A stretch of DNA of 64,000 nucleotides from a virus (taxonomy: Duplodnaviria > Caudoviricetes). Shown piece by piece: positions 49,255 to 58,274 of the stretch. Position numbers and translations under genes: made by a program. Location: positions 7,929 to 71,928 of IMG/VR virus record IMGVR_UViG_3300005805_000076; one strand, written 5' to 3'. Under the pieces are notes generated by a model. That model was not told the DNA's origin. It worked only from the letters and a program-made list of their open reading frames with translations, and made no database searches. The stretch's first letter is position 1. Each line of letters opens with the position of its first letter.

Positions 49255-49419
49255 ATGAAAAACGGATTTACACTTATTGAACTTCTCATTGTTCTCGCAA
49301 TTATTGGTATTTTGGGTAGTATTGTGTATGATGGTTATCAAAATCACATAAACGGTGGGGTCAACAGCGATCCTTCTCCCACAGATTCCAAAGTAGTACA
49401 GGATAAACCTGCCAAATAA
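49255..49419 (+). CDS. 54-aa type IV prepilin-like protein (absent from ORF track)
   Basis: MKNG|FTLIELLIVLAIIGILGSIV class III signal with Glu+5. Confidence 0.8.
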   Translation: MKNGFTLIELLIVLAIIGILGSIVYDGYQNHINGGVNSDPSPTDSKVVQDKPAK

Positions 49420-49427
49420 TCATTAAT

Positions 49428-49909
49428 AATCAATGACTTACAATGCCTAAATTTGGTTGACAAATAACACCAAAATCCGTATAATAGCTATATAGTTAAT
49501 AACAAGGAGCCTAAGATGCGATACGTGATTTTCAATAAGTCCACCACCCAACTGGTTCGTATCATGCGCAGCGGTCTCTGGCAGAACGCCGAGTATCAAA
49601 CTGAGGCAGCGGCTCGCGCAGGCTTCACTCGCTTGTGTAAGCTGGGCAAGATCAACCGCAAGAACTTTGCCATCCTGCCCTATGATGAATTTTGGAAGAT
49701 TGAAAAAACTGAGACCTGCATCAACTTGATGACGGGCAAATCCTTTACTCAACGGGTAAATACCCCGCGATGCTGTGATCCTTCCAGTGAACTTTACTGG
49801 AGCATGTGATTCCTCTAGTAGAATCAATGACTTACAACGCCTAAATTTTGGTTGACTTTTATTACCAAAACCTGTATAATAGCTGTATAGTTAATAACAA
49901 GGAGCCTAA
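49428..49909 (+). repeat. two copies of an ~87-nt early promoter/RBS cassette
   Basis: 49428-49514 and 49822-49909: AATCAATGACTTACAA..TTGAC(A/T)-17-TATAAT..AACAAGGAGCCTAA. Confidence 0.9.
49516..49809 (+). CDS. hypothetical early protein
   Basis: follows cassette copy 1. Confidence 0.75.
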   Translation: MRYVIFNKSTTQLVRIMRSGLWQNAEYQTEAAARAGFTRLCKLGKINRKNFAILPYDEFWKIEKTETCINLMTGKSFTQRVNTPRCCDPSSELYWSM

Positions 49910-49910
49910 A

Positions 49911-50189
49911 TTGAAAACTGTTCAAGAAATCAATACCGCAATTCTTAGCAGCAATCTTAGCAACGAAGATTTGAATTCCGTGCTGGATGCCGTGCGGTTT
50001 GTTCGCAGTCAGCTTGTTCGCAAAAACACCGGAAGCTTGGTTGTTGGTACCCGTGTTAAATGGAACAGCGTTCGTTTAGGTAAACCAATGACAGGCACTG
50101 TGGTCAAGGTTGGCCGCAAAAACATCAAGGTCGATGTTGGTCAGGGCAATGTGTGGCGTGTGGATGCCAGCATGCTGGAGCGTGTATAA
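49911..50189 (+). CDS. hypothetical early protein with SH3/KOW-like C-terminus (TTG start)
   Basis: follows cassette copy 2; VGTRVKW..TGTVVKVGRK. Confidence 0.7.
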   Translation: MKTVQEINTAILSSNLSNEDLNSVLDAVRFVRSQLVRKNTGSLVVGTRVKWNSVRLGKPMTGTVVKVGRKNIKVDVGQGNVWRVDASMLERV

Positions 50190-50368
50190 TGCAAAAATTG
50201 AACAATGCTCAAAATTTGGTGCTTAAGGATCTGCGCCGCATGAGCCAAAAAAAAGGTTTTGTGTATGCCGCAGACTGTCAACACTTTGACGGCCGCACCC
50301 TGCGCAGTCTACGAGACCGCGGACTGATTGAGTATCAAGACGCTCGCTATATTATGAAAGGCATCTAA
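50189..50368 (+). CDS. small winged-HTH-like protein
   Basis: TAATG coupling; RTLRSLRDRGLIEY. Confidence 0.5.
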   Translation: MQKLNNAQNLVLKDLRRMSQKKGFVYAADCQHFDGRTLRSLRDRGLIEYQDARYIMKGI

Positions 50369-50369
50369 C

Positions 50370-50537
50370 ATGGACGAATTCGATCAAGAAGATTCCGCTC
50401 AGCTGGATTGGGCACAATTGCTGAGAGAGATGCTGGCAATATCACAAGTTGGTTACGAACTGTCCGAGCAGGACACAAAAATGTATCTTGAAATGGACCA
50501 ACGTGCCACGCATGCTGCACCTGCAACCCTGCAATAA
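50370..50537 (+). CDS. hypothetical acidic protein (55 aa, absent from ORF track)
   Basis: MDEFDQEDSAQLDW...; fills the gap. Confidence 0.55.
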   Translation: MDEFDQEDSAQLDWAQLLREMLAISQVGYELSEQDTKMYLEMDQRATHAAPATLQ

Positions 50538-50541
50538 TTTG

Positions 50542-50570
50542 TTGACAATAAATCCAACCTGTTTTATAGT
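50542..50570 (+). promoter_or_regulatory. sigma70-type promoter
   Basis: TTGACA-17 nt-TATAGT; AGGAG RBS. Confidence 0.7.
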
Positions 50571-50609
50571 TATATCGTAGTTTAATTTTTATTTAGGAGA
50601 GAAAGAGAG

Positions 50610-51713
50610 ATGTCTAAAGTAACTGAAACTCGCACTATTACTTCCAAAACTGCGCACCGCACTATCATGAAATGCTTCAAGAAGAAGCGTCCGGTGTTTC
50701 TTTGGGGTCCGCCTGGCATTGGCAAGTCTGACCTCGTTGCAAGTATTGCCAAAGAAATGAATGGTTTGATGATTGACCTTCGTCTTGCGCAGATGGAGCC
50801 CACCGATCTTCGTGGTATTCCTTTCTATAATAAGGATATCAACAAGATGGACTGGGCCGCCCCTGTTGATCTTCCGGATGCTGAAACTGCAAAACAGTAT
50901 CCCGTGATTGTATTGTTTTTGGATGAGATGAACAGTGCACCTTCTTCCATCCAAGCCAGTGCATATCAACTTATTTTGAATCGCCGTATTGGCAAATACG
51001 TGCTGCCTGACAATGTAGTGATTGTGGCGGCAGGTAATCGCGAAAGCGATAAGGGTGTAACTTACCGCATGCCGGCTCCCTTGGCGAATCGTTTCATCCA
51101 TTTGGAAATGCGGGTGGATCACGAGTCGTGGGAAGATTGGGCAGTGCGCAATAGTGTCCATAAGGACGTGATTGGTTATATTGGTTTTGCTAAACAAGAC
51201 CTTTATGATTATGATCCGCGCAGCTCTAGCCGCAGTTTTGCGACCCCGCGTAGCTGGGTGTTCGTTTCCGAACTGCTGCAAGAAAATGATACCAGCGAAG
51301 AAGATTTGATTGAGCTGATTACTGGTGCAATTGGTGAAGGGCCTACTCTTAAGTTTATGGCTCATCGCAAGATTTCCAGTGACTTGCCTGATCCCCAAGA
51401 TATCCTTAGTGGCAAGGTCAAAGAGATTAAGATTAAAGAAATCTCTGCCATGTATTCGCTTTGCGTGAGCTTGTGCTACGAGCTCAAGGAAGAATTGGAG
51501 AAGCTGAACAATAAGGCCAATGAAGAATTCTTCAATAAGTTGAATAACTTTATTGAGTTCATCATGGGTAATATGACCACAGAGTTGATTGTTATGGGTG
51601 CTCGTATTGCAATTGTTACTTATGAACTGCCGGTTATCCCTGCTAAACTGCCTAAGTTTAAAGAGTTCCATCAACGGTTTGGCAAATATATCGTGGCTGC
51701 ATCCAAACGATAA
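50610..51713 (+). CDS. MoxR-type AAA+ ATPase
   Basis: WGPPGIGKS, FLDEMN, AAGNR, LANRF, TPRSW. Confidence 0.88.
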   Translation: MSKVTETRTITSKTAHRTIMKCFKKKRPVFLWGPPGIGKSDLVASIAKEMNGLMIDLRLAQMEPTDLRGIPFYNKDINKMDWAAPVDLPDAETAKQYPVIVLFLDEMNSAPSSIQASAYQLILNRRIGKYVLPDNVVIVAAGNRESDKGVTYRMPAPLANRFIHLEMRVDHESWEDWAVRNSVHKDVIGYIGFAKQDLYDYDPRSSSRSFATPRSWVFVSELLQENDTSEEDLIELITGAIGEGPTLKFMAHRKISSDLPDPQDILSGKVKEIKIKEISAMYSLCVSLCYELKEELEKLNNKANEEFFNKLNNFIEFIMGNMTTELIVMGARIAIVTYELPVIPAKLPKFKEFHQRFGKYIVAASKR

Positions 51714-51816
51714 TGGTTTTGGGGCATGACGCTTAATCTCTTTCTCGTCATTAAGTCCCCACCCCCTTGCACTAAATTCAGATATATAATATAATAGTGT
51801 TTTAATAAGGATTGTT

Positions 51817-53127
51817 ATGGTCGCTAAAACTACTTCTACTAAAGGCAAAGGCCCCAAACTTGGTGGTCGATTGACCGACAAAATTGATGTTACCCTGGAC
51901 AATGCTATTAGGGAGAAGTTGATAAGTGCGCGAATCGCCCTGTTGCTTCGCGCTCCTTTCTTTGGCAATCTTGCGGTGCGTCTCAAACTGGTTAATGCAG
52001 ACGAATGGTGCACCACTGCTGCTACAGATGGACGCAATTTCTATTATAATACCGAATTTTTAAGCAAACTCAACGACAAAGAAGTTGAGTTCTTGTTTGG
52101 GCATGAAGTTCTGCACAATGTCTATGCTCACTTGTATAGGGTAGGTGAATTCCGAGACCCGCGCCTGTTTAACTGTGCGGCAGATTATTGTGTCAATGCT
52201 GATTTGGTTGAATCTAAAATTGGTTCAAAAATCAATCCTTGCCTTTACGATACGAAATACAATGGTCTTAGCGCAGAAGAAGTTTACGATATTCTCTATG
52301 CTAATGCTGAGAAAATTAATATCGAAGACCTTCTTGACATGCTATGTGACGAACATCTTGACGGTGAAGATGAAGGTGAAAGTGACGATGATGGCGATGG
52401 CGAGAGCGACAAGAATAAAGATGGTGTAAGCAAAAAACGTCCTAAACTCAGCAAGGAAGATCGCGAAGCTATCAAAAATGATATTCGGCAGGCTGTATTG
52501 CAGGCTGCTCAGGCTGCGGGTGCAGGCAATTTGCCTAGCGGTGTCCAACGTTTAATTAAGGCGCTGACTAAGCCTGTAGTAAATTGGCGCGAACTGTTGG
52601 AACAACAGATCCTCAGTGTTATCAAAAACGATTACAGCTGGATGAAACCTTCCCGCCGTAGTTGGCATATGGATGCTGTTTTGCCTGGTATGATTCCGGG
52701 TCAACAGATTGACATCTGCATTGCCATTGATACCTCAGGCAGTATTGGTGAAGATGATATCAAAGCTTTCCTCAGTGAAGTTAAAGGTATCATGGAAGCC
52801 TATGATGAATACAAGATTCAAATTTGGTGCTTTGATACTGAGATTTATAATCACCAAGTGTTTACGTCTGAGAACGTCAAGGATATTGCCGAATATCAAC
52901 CCCAGGGTGGTGGTGGCACTGACTTCATGGAGAACTGGAAATACATGAAGGAAAATGAAATTGAGCCTAAAAAGTTCATCATGTTCACTGACGGTTACCC
53001 GTATAGCAGTTGGGGTGATCCTGATTATTGTGATACGGTGTTTATCATCAAAGGTAACACCAAAGCAGAACCGCCCTTTGGTGTTTGGGCCATTTACGAG
53101 AAAGAGGCTGAGCTTGCTGCTGCATAA
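51817..53127 (+). CDS. HExxH metallopeptidase (DUF2201-like) plus VWA domain protein
   Basis: AATDG, GHEVLH, acidic linker, IDTSGS MIDAS, GGGGTDF, FTDG; TTGCAC-17-TATAAT at 51767-95. Confidence 0.85.
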   Translation: MVAKTTSTKGKGPKLGGRLTDKIDVTLDNAIREKLISARIALLLRAPFFGNLAVRLKLVNADEWCTTAATDGRNFYYNTEFLSKLNDKEVEFLFGHEVLHNVYAHLYRVGEFRDPRLFNCAADYCVNADLVESKIGSKINPCLYDTKYNGLSAEEVYDILYANAEKINIEDLLDMLCDEHLDGEDEGESDDDGDGESDKNKDGVSKKRPKLSKEDREAIKNDIRQAVLQAAQAAGAGNLPSGVQRLIKALTKPVVNWRELLEQQILSVIKNDYSWMKPSRRSWHMDAVLPGMIPGQQIDICIAIDTSGSIGEDDIKAFLSEVKGIMEAYDEYKIQIWCFDTEIYNHQVFTSENVKDIAEYQPQGGGGTDFMENWKYMKENEIEPKKFIMFTDGYPYSSWGDPDYCDTVFIIKGNTKAEPPFGVWAIYEKEAELAAA

Positions 53128-53139
53128 GTCCTTCTCTAC

Positions 53140-53418
53140 ATGTTAAAATATGGCCAAGTTAATCCACTCAATGTGTGGGGGTTACGCAGGGTTAATCACT
53201 GCCCCCCACATTTTGAGAGGGTTGAATTCACACTCAATACCACTGAGAAAAAACTCTTAGATTGGATCTATGAGAATTTAGAAGGTAGATTCTATTTTTT
53301 CAGTGATGCTACATATCCTAGACAGTGTATTGTTGGATTTGAAATAGTTGGTGAAGCCAGCTATTTCTTATTAATGTTAGATCAATTCAACGACTCCTTA
53401 AATATCTTAGGTTTTTAA
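53140..53418 (+). CDS. hypothetical protein
   Basis: 92-aa ORF. Confidence 0.6.
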   Translation: MLKYGQVNPLNVWGLRRVNHCPPHFERVEFTLNTTEKKLLDWIYENLEGRFYFFSDATYPRQCIVGFEIVGEASYFLLMLDQFNDSLNILGF

Positions 53419-53546
53419 AAAAATTATTCCATAAAAGGTATGGATTAAATATCTATACACTTTATGGAGTTTAAAACCAAATTGGCAATCCAGCCAATTT
53501 TATCTCCTAAAGTGAACTGACAATAGTTCAGTATTAAGGAGATTTT

Positions 53547-54236
53547 ATGATAAAACATGTCGGCAAACATAACAACAAGCGGGTTGTTATATTGTTCAAA
53601 ACCGTACCAGGTGAAGACCATATGTGCCTGGTTGCTTATCCAGATACATTACCTCGTCATATTCACGACGATGTGATGAAAGCATTGGAAAGTGATGTTG
53701 GTCAACAAAGTAAAGAGTTTGCAGAATATCTATTCCGCTATACCACGTCCTCAGGCGAGAACTGCCTAGATACATTGCATCGCGAAGGGATGATTAAAAA
53801 AGTACCAACTAATCAAGTTATCGTAACCCCTGATGCGAAAAGTACTATCCGTTTGGACGAACTAAATGCTATTCTTGCAAAAATGGCCATGGGTGAAGAA
53901 GCTATTAAGGAATTAGCTGAGTTAGATAAAGGTTTGGGTATGTCAGGCAAAAAGCGTAGACCACCAGAACTCAAAGATCTTGGCGAACTTAATGCTCCTG
54001 CTGCTAGCCGCAGTAAACCTGCTGATGTTGAAACAAACATAAGTATTAATGAAGTACTCACAGATGACCAACTTGCTGCTCAACGTGTTGCTCAAGCTCA
54101 ACGCATGATAATGGAAGCTAATCAATTATTGGCTGAGGCAAAAAGGTTAGAAGGTGAAGCGGCACAGCTATCAGGAGCAACAGAAAACCATGGCAAAAAA
54201 ACAAGGTCCAAGAAAAGCAAAGCCAAAGAAGCTTAA
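53547..54236 (+). CDS. hypothetical protein with C-terminal coiled coil
   Basis: 229 aa, AAGGAG RBS. Confidence 0.75.
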   Translation: MIKHVGKHNNKRVVILFKTVPGEDHMCLVAYPDTLPRHIHDDVMKALESDVGQQSKEFAEYLFRYTTSSGENCLDTLHREGMIKKVPTNQVIVTPDAKSTIRLDELNAILAKMAMGEEAIKELAELDKGLGMSGKKRRPPELKDLGELNAPAASRSKPADVETNISINEVLTDDQLAAQRVAQAQRMIMEANQLLAEAKRLEGEAAQLSGATENHGKKTRSKKSKAKEA

Positions 54237-54528
54237 TTTAAATAGTAAAATTGTATGGCGTAACATAGTAAAAGATGTCGACAAAAAAGAAGTTCCAATT
54301 CATGTACTACAAAAATTAATTGTAAATCTAAAAGATGGCACCGTTGTTGAAATTGATATTAAAGAAATTTTAACAAATGGTGCTGATCCTGATGATATTG
54401 AAGAACATGTGAATCAACGTTTACATGACCTTCAACAATACATCGAAAATGTGGACTTCTTCGTTGACATAGAAAAAGTTGAAAATACTATTCAACCTAT
54501 CACAGATAAAATTCTAGCAAACTTATGA
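54190..54528 (+). CDS. hypothetical protein
   Basis: ATG 54190 with AGGAG upstream. Confidence 0.65.
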   Translation: MAKKQGPRKAKPKKLNLNSKIVWRNIVKDVDKKEVPIHVLQKLIVNLKDGTVVEIDIKEILTNGADPDDIEEHVNQRLHDLQQYIENVDFFVDIEKVENTIQPITDKILANL

Positions 54529-55022
54529 TCAAATCAATCTTCGCTGTGGATCCTTGGGGCGGCATGGGATACAAGGGATCGTTACCTTGGCCACATTGCA
54601 CTGAAGACCTACAGCATTTCAAAAACCTGACAGATGGACAAATAGTTATAATGGGTCGTAAAACTTATGATGACCCAAAAATGCCTAAACCTTTACCAAA
54701 TAGAACTACCTATGTAATTACACATCGCCCAATTAAGGGCGTTTTTACAATTCAAGGTGATATTGAGCAACGTGTTAGAGAGATAGCACTTACTAACCGT
54801 CGCAGAACTATTTGGGTTATTGGTGGTCCAGATATATTAATGACTCTTAAAAATATTACCTCAGAAGCCTATATTACACATTTTAGAGGACAATATCGAA
54901 CAGATGTCCAGATTGATCTTCGTAAATATCTAAACGTGTTCCAAGCTAGAAGCGCCAAATCACATCCAGATTATGTCTGTAACTGGATGACATATAAAAA
55001 TATAGACATTTTTAAATCTTAA
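54525..55022 (+). CDS. folA: dihydrofolate reductase
   Basis: LPWPH..EDL.HFK, IMGRKTY, KPLPNR, VIGG. Confidence 0.92.
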   Translation: MIKSIFAVDPWGGMGYKGSLPWPHCTEDLQHFKNLTDGQIVIMGRKTYDDPKMPKPLPNRTTYVITHRPIKGVFTIQGDIEQRVREIALTNRRRTIWVIGGPDILMTLKNITSEAYITHFRGQYRTDVQIDLRKYLNVFQARSAKSHPDYVCNWMTYKNIDIFKS

Positions 55023-55031
55023 CTATATAAT
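55003..55031 (+). promoter_or_regulatory. sigma70-type promoter, 6 nt before the thyA ATG
   Basis: TAGACA-17 nt-TATAAT. Confidence 0.55.
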
Positions 55032-55037
55032 TACCAT

Positions 55038-55949
55038 ATGGAAAAAGCTTATTTAGACGCATTAAAATTTGTGTTGGATAACGGTGTAAGGCGCGATGAT
55101 AGAACAGGCGTTGGTACCATTTCTGTATTTGGTATGCAACAACGCTATGATTTGAGATTAGGATTTCCCGCGATTACAACCAAAAAACTAGCATGGCGTG
55201 CCTGTGTGGGAGAATTGCTATGGTTTATTGAAGGTAGTAGCGATGAACGTAGACTAGCAGAAATAACTCATGGCACACGCGAAGGAGTCTCTACTATTTG
55301 GACCCCAAATGCTGAAGCGGGATATTGGAAATCAAAAGCTAAATTTACTGGTGATTTGGGTAGAGTGTATGGCGTACAGTGGCGTTACTGGAAAAAATAT
55401 ATAAAAGAACCAGTCTATAACTGGATAGACTTCTATCAAAGCTTGTGGACTGATACCGATAAAATTAAAGAAACAGAAATAGATCAATTGCAAGAGTTGA
55501 TCGCAGGAATTAAAAAAGATCCATACGGCAGAAGGCATATACTTAGTAGTTGGAATGTTGCTGAACTGGATATGATGGCTTTACCTCCCTGTCATTGTTT
55601 TGCACAATTTTATGTGGCCAATGGCAAACTAAGCTGTCAAATGTATCAAAGAAGCTGCGATATGTTTTTAGGAGTACCGTTTAATATTGCTAGTTATAGC
55701 CTATTAACCCACATGATTGCGCAAGTGTGCGATCTTGGTGTAGGTGAGTTTGTTCATACATTGGGTGATGCTCACATTTATCTTAATCACATTGACCAAG
55801 TGAAACAACAATTAAAACGTAAACCATATGCTAGCCCACAATTGAAGCTTAATCCTGATATCAAAGATATTACCGCCTTTACTATGCAGGACATTGAACT
55901 GATAGATTATAAATGTCACCCAGCATTAAAGGCTGAGATGGCCGTATAA
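55038..55949 (+). CDS. thyA: thymidylate synthase
   Basis: DRTGVGT, GRVYGVQWR, MALPPCH, QRSCDMFLGVPFNIASY. Confidence 0.96.
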   Translation: MEKAYLDALKFVLDNGVRRDDRTGVGTISVFGMQQRYDLRLGFPAITTKKLAWRACVGELLWFIEGSSDERRLAEITHGTREGVSTIWTPNAEAGYWKSKAKFTGDLGRVYGVQWRYWKKYIKEPVYNWIDFYQSLWTDTDKIKETEIDQLQELIAGIKKDPYGRRHILSSWNVAELDMMALPPCHCFAQFYVANGKLSCQMYQRSCDMFLGVPFNIASYSLLTHMIAQVCDLGVGEFVHTLGDAHIYLNHIDQVKQQLKRKPYASPQLKLNPDIKDITAFTMQDIELIDYKCHPALKAEMAV

Positions 55950-56185
55950 TGATTGTTGAGAGAGTATCCATAGGCGACAGTGATGATCCGTATGTTATTG
56001 CGGGGTTTGCTTTGTCTAATTGGAAGGATACTCCCAAAGGCAAATGGGTCTTTGAACATGCTATTGAACAACCAGTATTCCACTGCACTCCAAATGTTTT
56101 CACATATGGATATGATGCTGTGATTGGCGCAAAATTTACTGAAGAAGATAAAACAGTTTTTTTATTAAAATGGGGAATTAAATGA
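55949..56185 (+). CDS. hypothetical protein
   Basis: 78-aa coupled ORF. Confidence 0.65.
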   Translation: MIVERVSIGDSDDPYVIAGFALSNWKDTPKGKWVFEHAIEQPVFHCTPNVFTYGYDAVIGAKFTEEDKTVFLLKWGIK

Positions 56186-57153
56186 ATGTAATGGTAACCG
56201 GTGGTCTTGGTTTTATTGGACACAATGTTGTTAAATTTTTAGAACAAGAAAATCATCATGTCAGTATTATAGATAATAAAACAAACTACGGGTTTATCTC
56301 AAAAGAAGAATTAGATTATCTTATTAGCGAACGTAGGAAGAAAATAAAAACTGGCGTATTTGGTATAGATATTAGACAAACTGACGCTGTTGATTACGCA
56401 TTTAGAACCACTAAACCTGAAGTAGTGATTCACTGTGCTAGTTTTCCTAGACAGAAGATTGTAAGTATAAATCCATCGCTAGGTAGTGAGGTAATGTGTA
56501 CGGGATTAATAAATCTATTAGAAGCAGCCGTTAAACATGGCGTAAGACGTTTCCTTTATGTAAGCAGTAGTATGGTTTATGGAGATTTTGATAACGATGT
56601 TGCTGAATATGCACCATGTAAACCTATAGGCCAATACGGTATAATGAAATATATGGGAGAAAAATTAGTAGAGGATTATCATCGTAGAACTGGATTAGAA
56701 TTTGTGATAATTAGACCCAGTGCTGTGTATGGTGAATTAGATGTTGAAGATCGTGTTGTCAGTAAATTTATGATGGCAGCTATGCGAGGCGAAACTTTAA
56801 CTGTTAAAGGTTCTAATGAAATATTAGACTTTACTTACGTAGAAGATGCTGCTATGGGAATAACTCTAGCTGCTCTGCATGAAAAAAGCAAAAATAATAT
56901 CTATAATATAACAAGAAGTGATAGGAAATTATATACTTTGAAAGATGCTGCTGAACTAGCAATATCTATAGCTGGCAAAGGTAGTTATGAAATACAGGAC
57001 AAAGATGCTAGCTTTCCATCCAGAGGTAGATTGTGTATTGATAAAGCGGTGCATGATTTTAGTTATATGCCTCAAGTGTCGGTTGAAGAAGGATTCCGGC
57101 GCTATCATACTTGGTTCCGTCACAGTGCTTATTGGTCAGAAAAATTGAAATGA
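56182..57153 (+). CDS. NAD-dependent sugar epimerase/dehydratase
   Basis: TGGLGFIG, SSSMVYG, YGIMK (YxxxK). Confidence 0.92.
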   Translation: MNVMVTGGLGFIGHNVVKFLEQENHHVSIIDNKTNYGFISKEELDYLISERRKKIKTGVFGIDIRQTDAVDYAFRTTKPEVVIHCASFPRQKIVSINPSLGSEVMCTGLINLLEAAVKHGVRRFLYVSSSMVYGDFDNDVAEYAPCKPIGQYGIMKYMGEKLVEDYHRRTGLEFVIIRPSAVYGELDVEDRVVSKFMMAAMRGETLTVKGSNEILDFTYVEDAAMGITLAALHEKSKNNIYNITRSDRKLYTLKDAAELAISIAGKGSYEIQDKDASFPSRGRLCIDKAVHDFSYMPQVSVEEGFRRYHTWFRHSAYWSEKLK

Positions 57154-58274
57154 TTCCTTTTTTTGGATTAGATAGACAGTATGCTGAGCTAAGAGAGGAA
57201 ATACTGGATGTCACAGATCAAGTATTAAAAAGCGGCAAGGTGTTGCAAGGACTACACGTAGATATATTTGAAAAAGCTATAGCCGCACGTTGTAAAAGAA
57301 AGTTTGCTGTAGCTGTAAACAGTGGCACACAAGCATTAATCTTTGCACAAACATTTCTAAATCAGGGTGCTGACCATAAAATTCTTATCCCAAATGTAAG
57401 TTACATAGCAACCCTAAACAGTGTTTTATTAAGTAATAATACTCCAGTGTTCTGCGATGTTGATTACCAAGGTCAAATTGATTTAGAAAGCTTACCCTAT
57501 AAATTCAACGAGTACGATATCAAAGGAATTATGTATGTGAATTTATTTGGTAATATGGTAGATTATGAAAAGCTTACTGTTATAAGTAAATTTTTTAATG
57601 ATGTTGATTATATAATTGAGGATGCTGCACAAAGTTTTGGTGCCAGCTATAAAAATCAACCCAGCGGTAGTTTTGGCGACATCAGTATTCTAAGTTTTGA
57701 CCCAACAAAGAACTTACCTAATTACGGCAGTGGCGGTATGCTGTTGACTGATAACTTTCAAGCCTATGAATTCTTCTTAGACATGAGACACAACGGTGTT
57801 TATAGTGGAAATGCTATATCAGGAACTAACAGCAAAATGAGCGAAACTGATTGTGCTCAAATGTTGATAAAATTAAGACATTTTGATAAGTGGCAACAAC
57901 GCCGCAGCAAAATTGCCGCATACTATATGCAGGAATTGTATTCACTTATAGATTTTGAAACAATATGCATACAAACCGTAGAACCTAACTTAGATGTTAA
58001 ACATGCTTGGCATAAATTTGTAATAAGATCAACCAACAGGAATTTGCTGCAATCATTCTTAACTAGTAAAAATATTGAAACTAAATGTCACTATTATATG
58101 CCGCTAAGTGATCATGAAGTCGCTAACAGTTATTATCAACATGATCTCCCATATTCATCTCAATTTTGTAATCAGTGTCTAAGTCTGCCAATTTATCCTG
58201 AACTAACTGACAGTGAAGTTCAACATATAGTAGATGCTATGAAATTATTTCATCGACGACGTAAGAACTTTTAA
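57150..58274 (+). CDS. DegT/DnrJ/EryC1/StrS PLP aminotransferase
   Basis: NSGTQAL, IEDAAQSFG, SFDPTKNL..GGM. Confidence 0.92.
   Translation: MIPFFGLDRQYAELREEILDVTDQVLKSGKVLQGLHVDIFEKAIAARCKRKFAVAVNSGTQALIFAQTFLNQGADHKILIPNVSYIATLNSVLLSNNTPVFCDVDYQGQIDLESLPYKFNEYDIKGIMYVNLFGNMVDYEKLTVISKFFNDVDYIIEDAAQSFGASYKNQPSGSFGDISILSFDPTKNLPNYGSGGMLLTDNFQAYEFFLDMRHNGVYSGNAISGTNSKMSETDCAQMLIKLRHFDKWQQRRSKIAAYYMQELYSLIDFETICIQTVEPNLDVKHAWHKFVIRSTNRNLLQSFLTSKNIETKCHYYMPLSDHEVANSYYQHDLPYSSQFCNQCLSLPIYPELTDSEVQHIVDAMKLFHRRRKNF

Noticed and set aside
51721-51760. Possible terminator after the MoxR gene
   Set aside because: Two competing imperfect pairings and no U tract
50589-52037. 482-aa antisense ORF
   Set aside because: In exact codon register opposite the MoxR gene, no motifs; a shadow of codon bias
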